DNA from: Tubulanus polymorphus
Lineage: Eukaryota; Animalia; Nemertea
Assembly (NCBI RefSeq): GCF_964204645.1
Contig: NC_134026.1
Span: 11,121,950-11,185,949, forward strand
Reading direction: 5' to 3'
Length of the DNA stretch: 64,000 bases
A model generated the notes under the pieces. It was not told the DNA's origin, ran no database searches, and saw only the letters and a list, made by a program, of their open reading frames with translations. Made by a program: the position numbers and the translations under genes. Numbering within the stretch: position 1 is the first letter of the stretch; every line of letters begins with the position of its first letter. Shown piece by piece: positions 35,150-49,600 of this stretch.

Positions 35150-36680
35150 TAGCTCTGATAAAGTTTGCGGATAGAAACACTAGAGCCATCTTTCGAAGAT
35201 GGGTGAATATTGTCACGGTAGAACGCTTGCTGAATTTTACGGTGTCTAATAAAGTTATCGTTGCTGCAGAATGATATGCTACTCATAAACTGCTTCGTCT
35301 AAAATACGATCCAGACTCGGTAATAGTCCAGATATCGTTACGGTTATTCCTTTGTGGGCGAGATCCCTAGCCGCGGACACCAGGGAATGCGCTAGATGAG
35401 CTAGTTCATCAGAGTTTTTGGTCTGTTTAATGTCGTTGATACCTGTATGAATGAATATTAGGTCATCGGTTCCTGTATATTGTTCGACCCATTTTGTAAG
35501 GTCGGAATCGTTGAAACTTTCGCTTTTTTTACGGTCGCGTTACAGTTCTTGCCAAGTTTAAATGACACCACATCGTTAAATATCGAATCACTGCATATAA
35601 GAACTCGTTTATCCTCGATATCGTTTCTATCTTTTTGTTTTCGAGGTTCGGGTAGGCGGAATCGGTTTGCGTTTTTTAACGGGTGAGGGGGATTTTACCG
35701 CCTCCGCATATGCCGGCTTACCACACGTAGTAGAGTCTGCGCTTACTTTTACTAACGATGGTAAGTCGTTGATACACCTATCTAGGTAATTCCCGAGATC
35801 GCATATTTCGTTCTTTATTGATTTGTATGAGGGTTGTCCTCCATCATTGTATACTGCGACTTTTGTAGAGACAAGACATCTTGTTGCAGGCTTTCCAGGT
35901 GTTGCATTGTTGTTAGAGAATTTTCTGACATACTCGATGTAGCCGTATTCAGACTTTTGATCTGAGTTCCTAGCATCTTTTTGGTTGATGCTAGGTCGGT
36001 TTTTCTTACGAGCGCATTTAGTGTGGCCATTTCATTCTTGATCAACTGTAGGTAATTTTTGAAGGCGTTCGTCTCAGTGACTAGGTTTTTCGTACCTTCC
36101 GTGATGGTCGTAATTTGTGGCAATATATCAGCCACCGATTTATCAATACTTTCAGACGCACGCAAAAGTTGTTCGAGGTCTGCCCCACAACTGGGACATG
36201 AACCAAAGTTAGTGTTCGGTTCAGTCTGGTTTATTTTCTCTTTCGGTTTGTCAATGATCGGTTCATCGTCTACCTGGGAGGTCTCGTCTTTTTTTTCTGT
36301 AGTTGATAGATTATCGACGAGTTGTTTCGTTTTCAGGAAAAGTCATCGCACCAAACCATAAAACGTTTACCCTGGATCATGATTTTTCCAGTCGTGAAGT
36401 ATACAATAATTTTGTACATGAGGCTATCATCCTCATCTGCAGGATCAAGTTCATTCACAATAAACTCTGTCTGTTTAGCTCTAGCTGGAGCCGCGGGTGA
36501 GTCTTTCCACTCGACCATGAGGTTAGGGTCATTACCTTTGTCAACATATAGAGTTTGTACCAGTGCTGTTATCCACGCATGGATACGGGTTTCTGTGGTG
36601 GTGAAACAGGTACAGTAGGGTGATAAAACTACGCAATAAATCGCGAGAGACGAATAAAACATGAGTCCCACAATCACAAG
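35150..36680 (-). pseudogene. Degenerate LINE ORF1-like protein with coiled coil and SGNH/GDSL esterase-like domain
   Basis: YFTTGKIMIQG N-terminal motif, heptad-rich segment (35815-36165), then LICSDSI, IHTGINDI and D.IH in shifting frames. Esterase-containing ORF1s are known in CR1/L2/RTE-X LINEs. Confidence 0.6.
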
Positions 36681-37224
36681 CTCGAAAAAGATTTAAAACA
36701 TCAAAACAACATGTGTATAAAGAATTTATTAAAAACTCGAATTTTCGGTTTTGATCCTAAAAACCATTCTCAAGAGTGACTAAGATTATGACATTTCACA
36801 GTGTATATACCAGTAAGAACGACACACACTATTGCACATGAAAACTAGGTAATATTAACCAGAGAGGAAATGTATAGGGACAAAAGTTTATTATGAGGGG
36901 AGAAACCAAGGTTACCATTGACACAGGAATTTGAATGGGAATTTAAAGCCGCCGGACTCAACTATGTGACGTCGGGTAAACTGTGAGAGGGAAAAATTAT
37001 GCGAGAATTATCAAAATCAAATTGATGACCATTGGTATCCCAAACGTGGGTAGCCACAGCACTTTGGGGTTTTTGATTAATAATATCTTTCTTATCTTGC
37101 TCTTTAATACGAATGCTGAGGGAGCGCACGGGAGGTAACACTATCGTAGCACCATTCGATCTGCCTTTGTTATTTTTACTGCATGCATGCCGTACAGTGC
37201 TGCCATCACAAAGTTAATAACAAT

Positions 37225-37628
37225 ATGGCCGCGCCCAGGGCAAATAAGTTTCTAAAGATATTTTCTTATTTTCCGAAGCTCGCTGGCTCATCGGGTGAGC
37301 GGGTTCATTCGTCAAACAGATCTAATCGTATTTTCCAACAAATTGTACGATCTAAATACGAACGTAATCGTAAATCGATTAAATTCGCCGCCCTGGTAGG
37401 CGCGGGAACAGCAGCGGCGTGTGCCATCAGTCATTATTACTTCGACAACTTTCATGACGGGGACGGCAACCGAACTGGGTTTATTCCACGGGTAACTGCT
37501 GCTGAGGTGTACAACACAGATGTTCACGATCCACCAATTCCAGTTAGTCGTAGATCCCAGTTTAACTTCATTGCTGACACTGTAAAGATGGTTTCTCCTG
37601 CTGTTGTATTTATTGACATTCAAGGAAG
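37225..37628 (+). CDS. HTRA2: HtrA2 exon 1 (targeting peptide, TM, start of protease domain)
   Basis: [10 protein letters not shown]...[14 protein letters not shown]...[22 protein letters not shown]; donor GTATGT. Confidence 0.92.
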
Positions 37629-40600
37629 GTATGTTATGTTGAATTATTATCACATGTAATAGATGAAATCTAAGTGACAGACGCCTCGTCAGTCACAGCT
37701 TGATTCCATTTTTCATAGTAAGAAATCATAATGATTCGATAACAACCTCACCGTTAATTTATTAGAATGCAACCACAACGTCAACGTTTCGGCTGTTGAC
37801 TAACAGCCATCATCAGGTGGAATGACCAGAAAACAGAAGTAACGTAGTAACTGTTAGGCCTAGTCAACAGCCGAAATGTTGTGGTTTCATTCTAATGAAT
37901 TATCTCATATGAAATTTGAATTGTGGGACTTCTTCTATTAATCTACAATAGCCTATACACGGATTAGAGTGTTTCATTCGACGACAACACTCAAAATATT
38001 GTCAGCGATAAGGAACACATTAAATGTCAATGAAACTGGAAAGAGAATCAACTCCAATTTTATTTCATATTGAAATTGTACTGTAGATTTGGACCCAAAG
38101 CATTAAATAAATGAAGAAATTAAATCGATTCTTATAGGCCTAGTTAAAACTTGGAAAATTGAAAATTAATGCCAGAGTTAAGGGGTGGGCGGAAAGAAGA
38201 TGAAACTGTAACTCTAAGGTTTGATTCATTTCTGAAATTTTGGCTTAAAGATTAGAAAATTATGAGGAAACGGATCAAATGAATTTTTGCGGGAAAAACA
38301 TGAAGAAAAATTTCTTACTTAAATATAAACTAGGTCTCGGTACCACTGTCTGCTAAAAAGATTATTATTTCGATTTAGATTAAGTGTCAAGAATTTTAAA
38401 TGGTCGTTTAAAACTCATTGTCACTGCAACCACAATATCCATGACAATGGTGAAAACTGAGAGAGGCTTTTGCAATAGGCCTATTGAAGAATTTTGACCT
38501 GGTGGTTAATTTAGAAATTAGCTCCATTTGGAAATAAAAGGAAGACGAGAAGATTACAACAATTCTGAAATAACCCGATCCATAAGTTACTGTATTTTGG
38601 TCAATGTGCTGCCGGATTTTGGCGTGACATAATTCTACTTCCAATTTCCCCATGAGCTTCAAACTGGACGTCAAGTGATGTCATTTTTAGCCCACTTGAA
38701 ACTTTAGTGAGCGGGCTATTGCGTTCACTTTTCGTCTGTTGTCCGTCCGTAGACGGAATTCAGTTATTTTGGGAAGTTTTGAAGACGCTCCAAGGTAATG
38801 TCTCGTGCTATTTGGTTTATACATGTAGGCCTATCTACCCTAGACACATCTTCAGGCCAAAAACTGGCCCTGTCAGATTCAAGATGGCCGACTGGCAGCC
38901 ATTGTTGTTCGCCAAAATCAGCACTTTTTACACATTTTTGAAGTTTTCGGGGGAAGACACTTTTATCAATAACCTTGATCATTCGTATATATTTGTATCC
39001 CCCGAGGGCCCATCGGCATGTGAAAAATTGAGTCGATCGGACTCAAGATGGCCGTACTGTGACCTTTTTTGTTCCCAAAAATGTCAATTTTGGCCTGAAT
39101 TCTGAGTACTGTAGCTTTCTAATGGTGCGCCATGTTTCATTGCAATTTGTAATGGGTATTCTTTGGAAAGGGATCTTTTATATCCGAGAGGGTATTTTTG
39201 ACCAGGCAATTATGATGCACTTGGCGGCCATCTTGGGGTCATCAGTACTCATTCGTAGGTGGAAAAAAAGTTTTTCCACATCATAATTGATACTTAAGCA
39301 TATTTTGATACTATAATCAATTGGAAAGTTGTAGCTCATGACATGTTCTATGATCGAGGTGAGTTTCAAGCTCATTGGTTTTTTTTATGGCCACCAGGGG
39401 GCGTTGCACAATACAATAACTTAGTATTTCTATATTACATTCGTTCCTGCTGTCTGTGTTAACACACGATTTTACTATGTAAATGATATTGAGCAGGGAG
39501 TGTATATTGATAAATATAACCCACAGATTACATCATTTATAAAAAGCAAATCTGACAGGCTGGCCATTGTGCCCCTTGGGGCTCTTGTTTAAGTTATCGA
39601 GGGAAATTTTGAAGACGCTTTTATCAATTACCTTGATCTTTCGTATATATTTGTATCGCCCAAGGGCCCATCAGCTTAAGAAAAATTGGGTCAAGTGGAC
39701 TCAAGATGGTCGTCCTGTGACCTTTTTTGTGCCCAAAAATGTCAATTTTGCCTGAATTGTGAGTTCAAATTTCTACGCGAAATAGAACCGTTGAGCGCGT
39801 TAGCGCTAGCTCATTCTCTAACTGGCTTAGAACCCGGTCAATCATACAATACATATATCACACACTCGTTGTACCAGCCTTACCGTTGAAACGTAAATCC
39901 CTATTTCATATACCTTGACTTAACCCAGTTTAAGATGAAAGCCTAATGAAAAATATCATTACTCGGAAGATTTTTCCATGATGATTTATGGTCAAATGAT
40001 ATTGTGATTAGACTTGATTATATGAGTCCATAATATGGTTATAATAAGGAAATCAAACTTGAATATGAATCAAATAATATATAAATCAAATAATAGATAT
40101 AATGAATATATAAATCAAATAATTATAGACTAATAATTATATTGAAATTTATATCCCCATTTCGTACACTAACTTAAAGCTGTATAATATCAACTGTAGA
40201 CCTACTGAAAAAATGATCAGGTGATTAAACTTGATTGGATTAATCCCTGATATGTTAATGATTTTGTAATAGTTTTGAAATAATGATGACTAAGTGATCA
40301 AACTAAACATAATTATGATAGAATTTTACCTAACAACTATACTCATCATAGAAATATTAGTATAATTATGACGAAATGAAAATGAAAAAAATAGGGGCCT
40401 ATAGTTATTGTAAAATGATTTAGAAATAATTAGATATAGTGATTGTTATTCAATGTAGTTACGATAAGGTGATTAAATTGATTAATCCACAAGATAGTTA
40501 TCAATAAAAAATTTAAATGTACTTAATGAATCAATGATATATAATTCATGTTTATTAAGAACAATATAGAATACACAATGATTTGGTGTATACCCAACCA

Positions 40601-43600
40601 ATACTATAGCTCATGAAATGCAAGGCCTCTTTATCAAAAATAGATCAATTGCAGTTTTTAAAAAAGACAAATTTTGACAAAAAGGCTCAGCACAGGGCAA
40701 AAATAGGCCTCAGCAACGAAAGGGCTAGTATGTTATGGTGCTGTTACTCTGTTGTAGGCCTACAGTTATTTTACTAATTTTTCGCAGATTAGGCCGGACA
40801 TTTATGAGATCCACGTTTGCCTGAATAATAGTCGTAAGTTTATTGAGAATGTATCATCTAAGAGTAAAGCAAGATAATAACTCACCGTACCTGTGCTTAT
40901 TATCGTTGCATGATATTCCATCACAGAATGATTCAATTGCAACAGGGTGTCTATTTAGGCTACTATGTGTAAACGTTTGGCAAATAGGGCCTAATATCAT
41001 ATATGCAATTAATGTAATTCATAAGTAATATAAACAAATGCAAATCATGTTCTTGATAATGATCACAATGATAATTTGCATGATTCCTGCCGATGTCAAT
41101 TTATGGTTATGCCACGGATATGGGGGCTTAAAGTGAGTGCCATCCAAAACAAATTTTTATGTGTAACTTATTCATATTCATTTTAGAGGCTCTGCTTTTC
41201 TACAGAACTCTAATTATTATTCCCATGTTTGTATTTTTTCTGCCTCACCTCTCTGAATCTGTGAGAAAATTAATTTCTTCATCAATTCCTAAAAGATTTT
41301 GATGAAATTTTCAGGATGTGTTCAGCGCCTTAAATGTCGCAAATGTCATGAGAGAATTTTTATAGCCCCCTCCATTCATCTGTTAGGGGATATTTTACAT
41401 TTACCAATTTAAGAGATGCAAAATCTCTGTGAGAAAATGCAGCTTGATGTCAGTGGGAACATTGTAGCTAAGAAAATGAAATTTCTTTTGTCAATGGTGG
41501 CGTCTATCTAGGACCTACAGTTTGGGCCCAGTGGGGCCAAATATGGGCGCAATTTCAAAACCATAATAGATAGAAGGGTAATCTCCCAGGATTTTAGCCC
41601 ACTTGGGACTTACGTGGGCTATTATATATACTTTTTGTTGGCTGTCCAATTCATTCATCTGTTGACATAATCCAGATAATTTGGACATTTTGAGGACAAT
41701 AGATTGTCTTAATATTTGGTGTATACATGTATCTACCCTATACACATCTGCAGCCCAAAAACTGGCCTGGTCAGAATCAAGATGTCCAACTGGTGGCCAT
41801 TTTTTCCCATCAAAATAAGCACTTTTTACTGTGTAAAAAGTGCACTACAGTATATGTCAGTTATAGGGAATATGTTGTTTCAAGCCAGAGGTCGAGAGGT
41901 TGAGCTCACTCAACCTCTCTCCCTCTGACTTGAAACAACATATTCCCTATTACTCCTAATAATTTCATATAAATGAACATTATTTACATGAATTTCATAT
42001 ATTTTAAAATCATTTATATGTTAATTACAAAAGTGTGAGGAAAGTGAGTAATAATTCATATTTTAACAGATTTCGAATAAAAATATAAGTAAAATAAATG
42101 GATAACTAAAAGAGTATAAAAGTGTGAGTAAAATAATTCATATTTTAACATTGAATATTTATATTTGAATGAGTTTTAATGGAAGTTTTGTTATGAAAAT
42201 GAAGACAGAAGAAGAAGAACCCAAATTCAAAATCGAAATAAAAGAAACCAATAAATTATTTTTACAGTTTAACATTAGAAATTATATTTCAGCAACAAAT
42301 TTAGTGTCCGCAAGATATTATAAAATTGATAACATTACTATGATTAATCAAATATCATCAAATGAAACATATTTAATTACTGAACTAGTAGATACTTTTG
42401 ATAATGGTGTTAAAAATCGTATTTAATACGTATTTAATACATTGATACCTCAACCCCCCTTTTTTAACATAAATATAATTTACTCATTTTCATACATTTC
42501 AACTAATATATTTTATATTTTCAGCTAATTTAACAGTCGATTTCTTATTTTGATTCATATAATTTTTCATCAAATTCATGAATATACATGTGATTTCTCA
42601 AACTCTTTTTATTTTTATATCTTTTATTACATATTTCACAGCATTTAATATTATTCAATCTATCTGAAATATAATTTATATTTTCTTTCAATTCTGTATA
42701 TCTAATTTTACAGCTATCATAGAATTCTAACAACTGTTTTATACTATAAGTTGAAAAAGAAAATAAACCTGAAATCATAATAATTGATTTAATATTCTGT
42801 TGATTTTTATATATTAGATGTAATATTTCTAATACCTTATTTTCACTCATTTTTAGCCCACTTGGGACTTTAGTCCCAGCGGGCTATTGCGTTCACTTTT
42901 CGTCCGTCGTCCGTCCGTCCGTCCGTAGACGGAATCCAGTTATTTTGGGAAGTTTTGAAGACGCTTCAATGTAACGTCTTGATATTTGGGTTACACATGT
43001 ATCTACCCTAGACACATCTTCAGCCCAAAAACTGGCCCTGTCAGAATCAAGATGGCCGACTAGCAGCCATTGTTGTTCGCCAAAATCAGCACTTTTTACA
43101 CATTTTTGAACTTTTTGAGGGAAATTTTGAAGACGCTTCGATCAATTACCTTGATCTTACGGATATATGTGAATCCCCCAGGGCCCATCAACATAACAAA
43201 AATTGGGTCGGTCGGACTCAAGATGGCCGTCCTATGACCTTTTCAGTGCCCAAAAATGTCAATTTTGGCCGGAATTCTGGGTCCTGTAGCTTCCTACTGG
43301 TTTGCCATTTCTCATTGCAATATATGATGGGTATTCTCGGTATTCAGGTATTCTTGATCAGCCAATTATGACACAATTGGCGGTGTCATCAGTACTCATT
43401 CGTTGGTGGGAAAAACTTTTTCGACATTTTATTGATACCTAAGCATATTGTGTTACTACAATCAATTAGAAAGTTGTAGCCCATGACGTGTTCTATGATT
43501 TTGGTGAGTTTTAAGGTCATTGGTCATTGTATATGGCCATCAGGGGGCGTTGAATAATACAATTACTTAGTATTTCTGTATTATATTTGTACCTATGCAT

Positions 43601-46600
43601 ATTTTGTAACCACAATCGATTGCAAAGTTGTAGCTCATGACATCGTCTATGATTGTGGTGAGTTTTAAGGACATTAGTTATTCTATATAGTCACTGGGGG
43701 GCGTTAAATAGTAGAATAACTTAGTATTTCCATATTGGATAGGTACCTTGGGATATTTTGTTACCATGATCAATTGCAAAGTTGTAGTTCATGACATGTT
43801 CCATGATTGCGGTGATTTTCAAGGTCATTGGGTTTTGCATATGGTCACCAGGGGGCGTTGAATAGTAATGCAACTTAGTATTTCCATATTAGATTGGTAA
43901 CGAGGCATATTTTGTTATCACAATCAATTACGAAATTGTAGCTGCTGACATGTTCTATGATTGTGGTGGGTTTCAAGGTCATTGGTTTATGTATATGGTC
44001 ACCAGGGGGCATTGAATATTAAAATTGTTAGATTGTTGAGCATTTGAAACCACTTCCCAAGTGGGCATGGTGTCCCTGGACCCCTAGTTTACCATCACGG
44101 AAACCCTGGCTGTACACACATTTCAAATAATGTGGGATTTCTTATAACTTGGTATGTGTAATGGAGTAGGTCAATGGATTACACCTATTGAAAATCAGCT
44201 TTTTAGCTCTTTCAATATGGCCACCATGGCAGACATCTTGAATTTCTTGCTACCATTCTACATGCATTAACATAACATGCAATTTCTTATGAATTAAGAA
44301 GCTCTAATGGGGCAGGTCCCTGGATACCACCTATCGAAAATCAGCTTTCCCAATTATTCAATATGGTTGCCATAGCGTACATCAAATGTGGCAATCAAAT
44401 TTTGAAATCCTTGTCAGTGCTGTAGACACTACAAATTCCGTTCGTTCTCTTGAACGTTGGTAGGTGTAATGTAATAGGTCCAAGGATTATGGTAGGGTCT
44501 GCAACACGGCCCCGGCCGCAGCCACACATCTGAAACATGGTCCCAGCCCTGGTCCCGGCCGCGGCCGCACATGTCTTAAACACAGCCCCGGCCCCATTTA
44601 CGATGATACAGTATTTAAGTATAGTATTTAATACTAATACTATTGCAAGTAAATGTATCGGTTAGAGTTCTATTTGAATTTACTTTGCTCTGTTTTGTGA
44701 ATCTTAAGACAACTTGCCATCGTGATCTTCCGGAAACTGAACACTGAGATCTTCCGGAAAATGAACACTGAGCTCTAATAAAAAAGCTTGACTCCAACAA
44801 GCAAGAACACCAGTTCATCTTGTATCCCGAAAGTAAAGATAGGGATAAGTTCATTTCTAGCCCACTTGGGACTTTAGTCCCAGCGGGCTATTGCGTTCAC
44901 TTTTCGTCCGTCCGTAGACGGAATCCAGTTATTTTGGGAAGTTTTGAAGACGCTTCAATGTAACATCTTGATATTTGGGTTACACATGTATCTACCCTAG
45001 ACACATCTTCAGCCCAAAAACTGCCCCTGTCAGAATCAAGATGGCCGATTGGTAGCCATTGTTTTTTGCCAAAATCAGCACTTTTTACACATTTATGAAC
45101 TTTTTGAAGACGCTTTGATCAATTACCTTGATCTTTCGTATATATTCGAATCCCCCAATGGCCCATCAACACAAGAAAAATTGGGTCGATCGGACTCAAG
45201 ATGGCCGTCCTATGACCTTTTTAGTGGCCAAAAATGTAAATTTTGGCCCAAATTCTGAGTCCTGTAGCTTCCTATGGGTTTGCCATTTCTCATTGCAATT
45301 TGTGATGGGTATTCTTTGGAAAGAGATGTTTTATACCTGAGACATGTACTTTTGATCAGCCAATTATGGCGCAATTGGCAGCCGTCTTGGCGTCATCAGT
45401 ACCCATTCGTAGGTGGGAAAAAGTTTTTCCACATTACATTGATACCTAAGCATTGTGTAACCACAATGTATTGGAAAGTTGTAGCTCATAATGTTTTCTA
45501 TGATTTATGAGTTTCAAGGTCATTGCTTTTTGTATATGGCCACCAGGGGGCATAAAATAATAGAATAACTTAGTATTTCTATATTATATTTGTACCTACG
45601 CATATTTTGTTACCACAATCAATTGCAAAGTTGTAGCTCATGACATCGTCTATGATTGTGGTGAGTTTCAAGGACATTAGTTATTCTATATGGTTACCAA
45701 GGGGTGTTGAATAGTAGAAGAACTTGGTATTTACTTATTAGATTGGTACCTAGGGATATTTTGTTACCATGATCAATTGCAAAGTTGTAGTTCATGACAT
45801 GTTCTATGATTGTGGTGAGTTTCAAGGTCATTGGGTTTTGCATATGGTCACCAGGGGGCGTTGAATAGTAGAATAACTTAGTATTTCCTTATTAAATTGG
45901 TAACTAAGCAATTATCACAATCAATTACAAAATCATAGCTGCTGACATATTCTATGATTGTGGTGAATTTCAAGGTCATTGGTTTTTGTATATGGTCTCC
46001 AGGGGGCATTGGATATTGAAATTGTTAGATTGTTGAGCATTTGAAACCACTTCCCAAGTGGGCATGGTGTCCCTGGACCCCTAGTTTTTACTGCAATCAG
46101 TTGCAAAATTGTTGCTCATTACACGTTCCATGATCCTGGTGAGCCTTATAAGGTCATTGGTTTCTGTATACATTCTTCAGGGGTGTTGAATTTTGATATT
46201 TTCAGATTGTTTATAATTTCAGACCTCTTCCCTGGGTCTTCCAAGGCCACCAGACAATTTGATTTTATCACCCACAATTTTAAAAAGGCCTTAATGTATG
46301 CTGTATTTTGCAATTATATTTCAGACACCCATATTCCGGGGAAATGCATACGGTATCAAATGGTTCTGGATTCATTGTCCGTGAAGATGGTTTAATTTTA
46401 ACAAATGCCCATGTCGTAGCCAATCGTAAACACGTTTGTGTAACATTGCAAGATGGAAGGAAATTTGAAGGACATGTGCAAGCAGTAGACCCTGTTACTG
46501 ATCTTGCAACAGTAAAAATTAATGCTGTAAGTTTATTAAGCCTTTTTGAATAAACTCAGTAAACTAAATCGGCACATTTCAATCCTCTTCAAAAATTGGC

Positions 46601-49600
46601 AGCATGTGATAATAATTGTCATCATCGTAAGTTCTTGTAGAGCTCATAATGGGCTCATAATGTTTGACTCTCCGTTATGTGCTCATCGGAGAGCCATGAC
46701 TGATGATTTAAATGTGCCCAAGAAGGCAAAGTTTTTTATAATAAATAGTAGGGAATTCCAAAGTGAAGGCCCACACACAGAAAAACTTCTATCGCCGTAT
46801 GAAGTTTTGGTGCATCGAACTTAAGAGAGAAAATGAGTCAGTTGATTGGGTAACACGAACAGCAGATTGCCCTTCTAACTGATCACACTTTTATGCTGGT
46901 GCTAATCCGTTAACACATTTAAAAACATATAGAAAAGACTTATATACTGATAGTCACTGGTTTTAATTGCTTGGGGTATGGTTTAGTGGATGATGCCATT
47001 CTTAATTTATACAGCCCTTTATTGTATTTTTGTATAGCTTTATTCCATGTTATAGCGGTTCGACTTGCAGTTCTTTTTCCCAGTTTTCTCTCTGTTATTT
47101 GACACAATATAGCTTTGTTACTTGCTCAGTCAGTTGGAAATTTGTTGTGCTTTCCTGAGTTCGATGAAGGAAAGAATGAATTTATTTGTGACAGAAGAAA
47201 TTGGAGGAATTCTATAAAATAATAACCATTTTCCCGCTTGATCCTGTCATATCAACATATAGAATTGATTATGCATACGCCTGGTGTTATCTTAACAAAA
47301 AAGGTTTATTGTATTGATTGAATTATAAACAATACAGTCTACCTCAGATATAACGTTGTTGGATTTACCGTAGATTCACGTTTATCGTATTATTTCCCAG
47401 GTCCCAATTTTTTTCCTTCTATTAGGCCTTAAAAAACCTCAAATATACTGTATGTTTTACATTTAAGTCGTTTTATGCACACAGGCATGCATGGATATCC
47501 CTTGGTTTTAAATGAAATTCGGATATAACGAAGTTTCTATGGTTTATACGTATACCGTGTTTCGGTTGAACTGATAAATTATCTGGTCCCGACTGTTACG
47601 TTACATCCGAGGTAGACTGTACAAATTTACATTAGAAAACACCATACTGCTAGACCAATGTTGGGTACGACATATTTGAAATCAGTCAATTATTCTGGTG
47701 CGGTTTGTTTGCGCCGATCCTGCCTCAATGTGGGTATTGTCTTGGCGATCTATGTGTGGTGCTTGCACAACATCATGATGCTATGATGGGACGATAAAAT
47801 GTCAGGGTGCCTGTGTTTAGTGTGGCACCCATATGGCGCAGTTCTAGGTGCATTGTCGGCCGACATTTTGAGCGAGTTGAATGGCTTGTCTTTATCGTAG
47901 TAACTATGAGTAGACTTGAATTATCTAACACTTCAGTCAGATCAGTGGCAATGGTCGATATTAGATTTGGTTCACTATTAGATTTGTATACTATCGTTAA
48001 TTAGCGAACCTATGGTTCGCTTTTGCTATCACTAGCTGATGACGTCATGCTTCCAATGCATTTGCCTATCGCGAAAAATTTCAGTAAAATGGGTGGCACA
48101 CGTTTTATCTAGATGGTCTTGAGATCTGATTTTTTTATCAGAGGTGTCATATATTATCTATTTTACAATCTGAAAATTTCACAGAATTCTGAACTCGTGT
48201 TTTTGTGAAATAATCGAAAATATACCAAAATCGAAGCAAATTGCCATTCTTTTTGTAAACATGCGTTTCTGCAAATCAAAATAGACCCGGACTGCTAGTA
48301 CTATAAAGTTTTGGGTGTTGTTCAAACATTTTCACATAATTTTAGCTGAATAAAGGTCTAGATTTACCCCCAGGCTGGCGGTCTAAACGCAGGGGTCCGA
48401 CTCGCACCTAACTCTCTAATAACGTGGCTTGACCTATGAACTATTGTTTCTTGGATAGATCCAAGAAATATGGTAGCCTATAAGGAACATTTTCAAAATT
48501 CAAGTGTGGACAGAATGCGCTGAATGGTGGATTTTTATTTCAAATTCGAATCAATTGAAATCAAGGTTAAATTTTATTTCATAATATTTCAGTCTCAATG
48601 TTGACATTGTGTTTCAACAGATCAAAGTTTCGGTTTCTTTGATTATATTTGTGAATGACCCCGATGCGTCTCCGCACACTACAGCATTTCCTGGTTTATT
48701 CAAACGTGTATTTACACGGTATTTCTGCTCATTGAAGGTAAGATATTCTATGATTAATGATTGTCATTGGTCCTTAGTGCCCGAAAATGTCTTCTACAAC
48801 AAGATGTTAGTACGGGACCGACAGACTGAATATCAATCCTCTTGTCTATTACACTGTGATTGCAATTTCAAGTCAATGGAATTTAATTTTCACTTTATTT
48901 CTATTGATCTTACTCATTGTTTTACAGATACCAGTAACCCAAGAATGAATCACCACCTCGACTCATTGAAGCAGGAATTATAGATTTTTTCGAAAAGAAT
49001 GTTTCAACCAATACTCTAAGACAAATCCTGATATGATTAGGCCTAGCTCCTATCTTACCTTTTGATATGAATATATTATCTGAAAATAAATATGATTATT
49101 AAAACAAGAGTTGCCGTTTGAATTTGATCGCTCCTTTGAAGGTTTGAAAGGCAATGTGTATATTGATTTTCCTCTTCCCACTGGCCCTTGCAATAAGACC
49201 AGGGTCTAATCCATTTTAGACATATAACAAGTCTAAACTGCCTATTAGTTAATGGTCAGGTGAGCTACAAGACCATTGGTCTTAAATTTTGAACTGTCTT
49301 CTAGAATCATCTCAATTCTTTCTAGTTTGTGTTATTTTAAGAATGACATCATCACTTCAAGGTTTGCGAGATTACACATTATTATAAAAAACTAGATTTT
49401 GCAAGTAATGAGCTTTTTAGCTCTGCTCTGACTAAAGGTCATATCATTCTCAGTATGGTATGAAATGCAGATTTGTGGGCATGTAAAATGCGCTGCACCA
49501 TCTGCTGGTGGTTTGAAACGTTGTTGCTTTACAAATATACACTCAATTACTTGTTCATGAATGTTCTATGAAATCTTCTTGACCTTGTAATGACTCCACT

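Noticed and set aside
37183-37224. Upstream in-frame ATG for HtrA2
   Set aside because: ATG 37225 (aatATGG) has a better context and starts a typical MAA- mitochondrial presequence. The upstream start is not excluded but less likely.
38408-39889. Several 60-130 aa ORFs (also at 45049-45510 and 58384-58988)
   Set aside because: They fall inside non-coding repeat copies and frames are not conserved between copies.
43400-44040. ~120-bp repeats as a CRISPR-like array
   Set aside because: Whole units are homologous with no unique spacers; they are the central tandem array of a HINE-like element.
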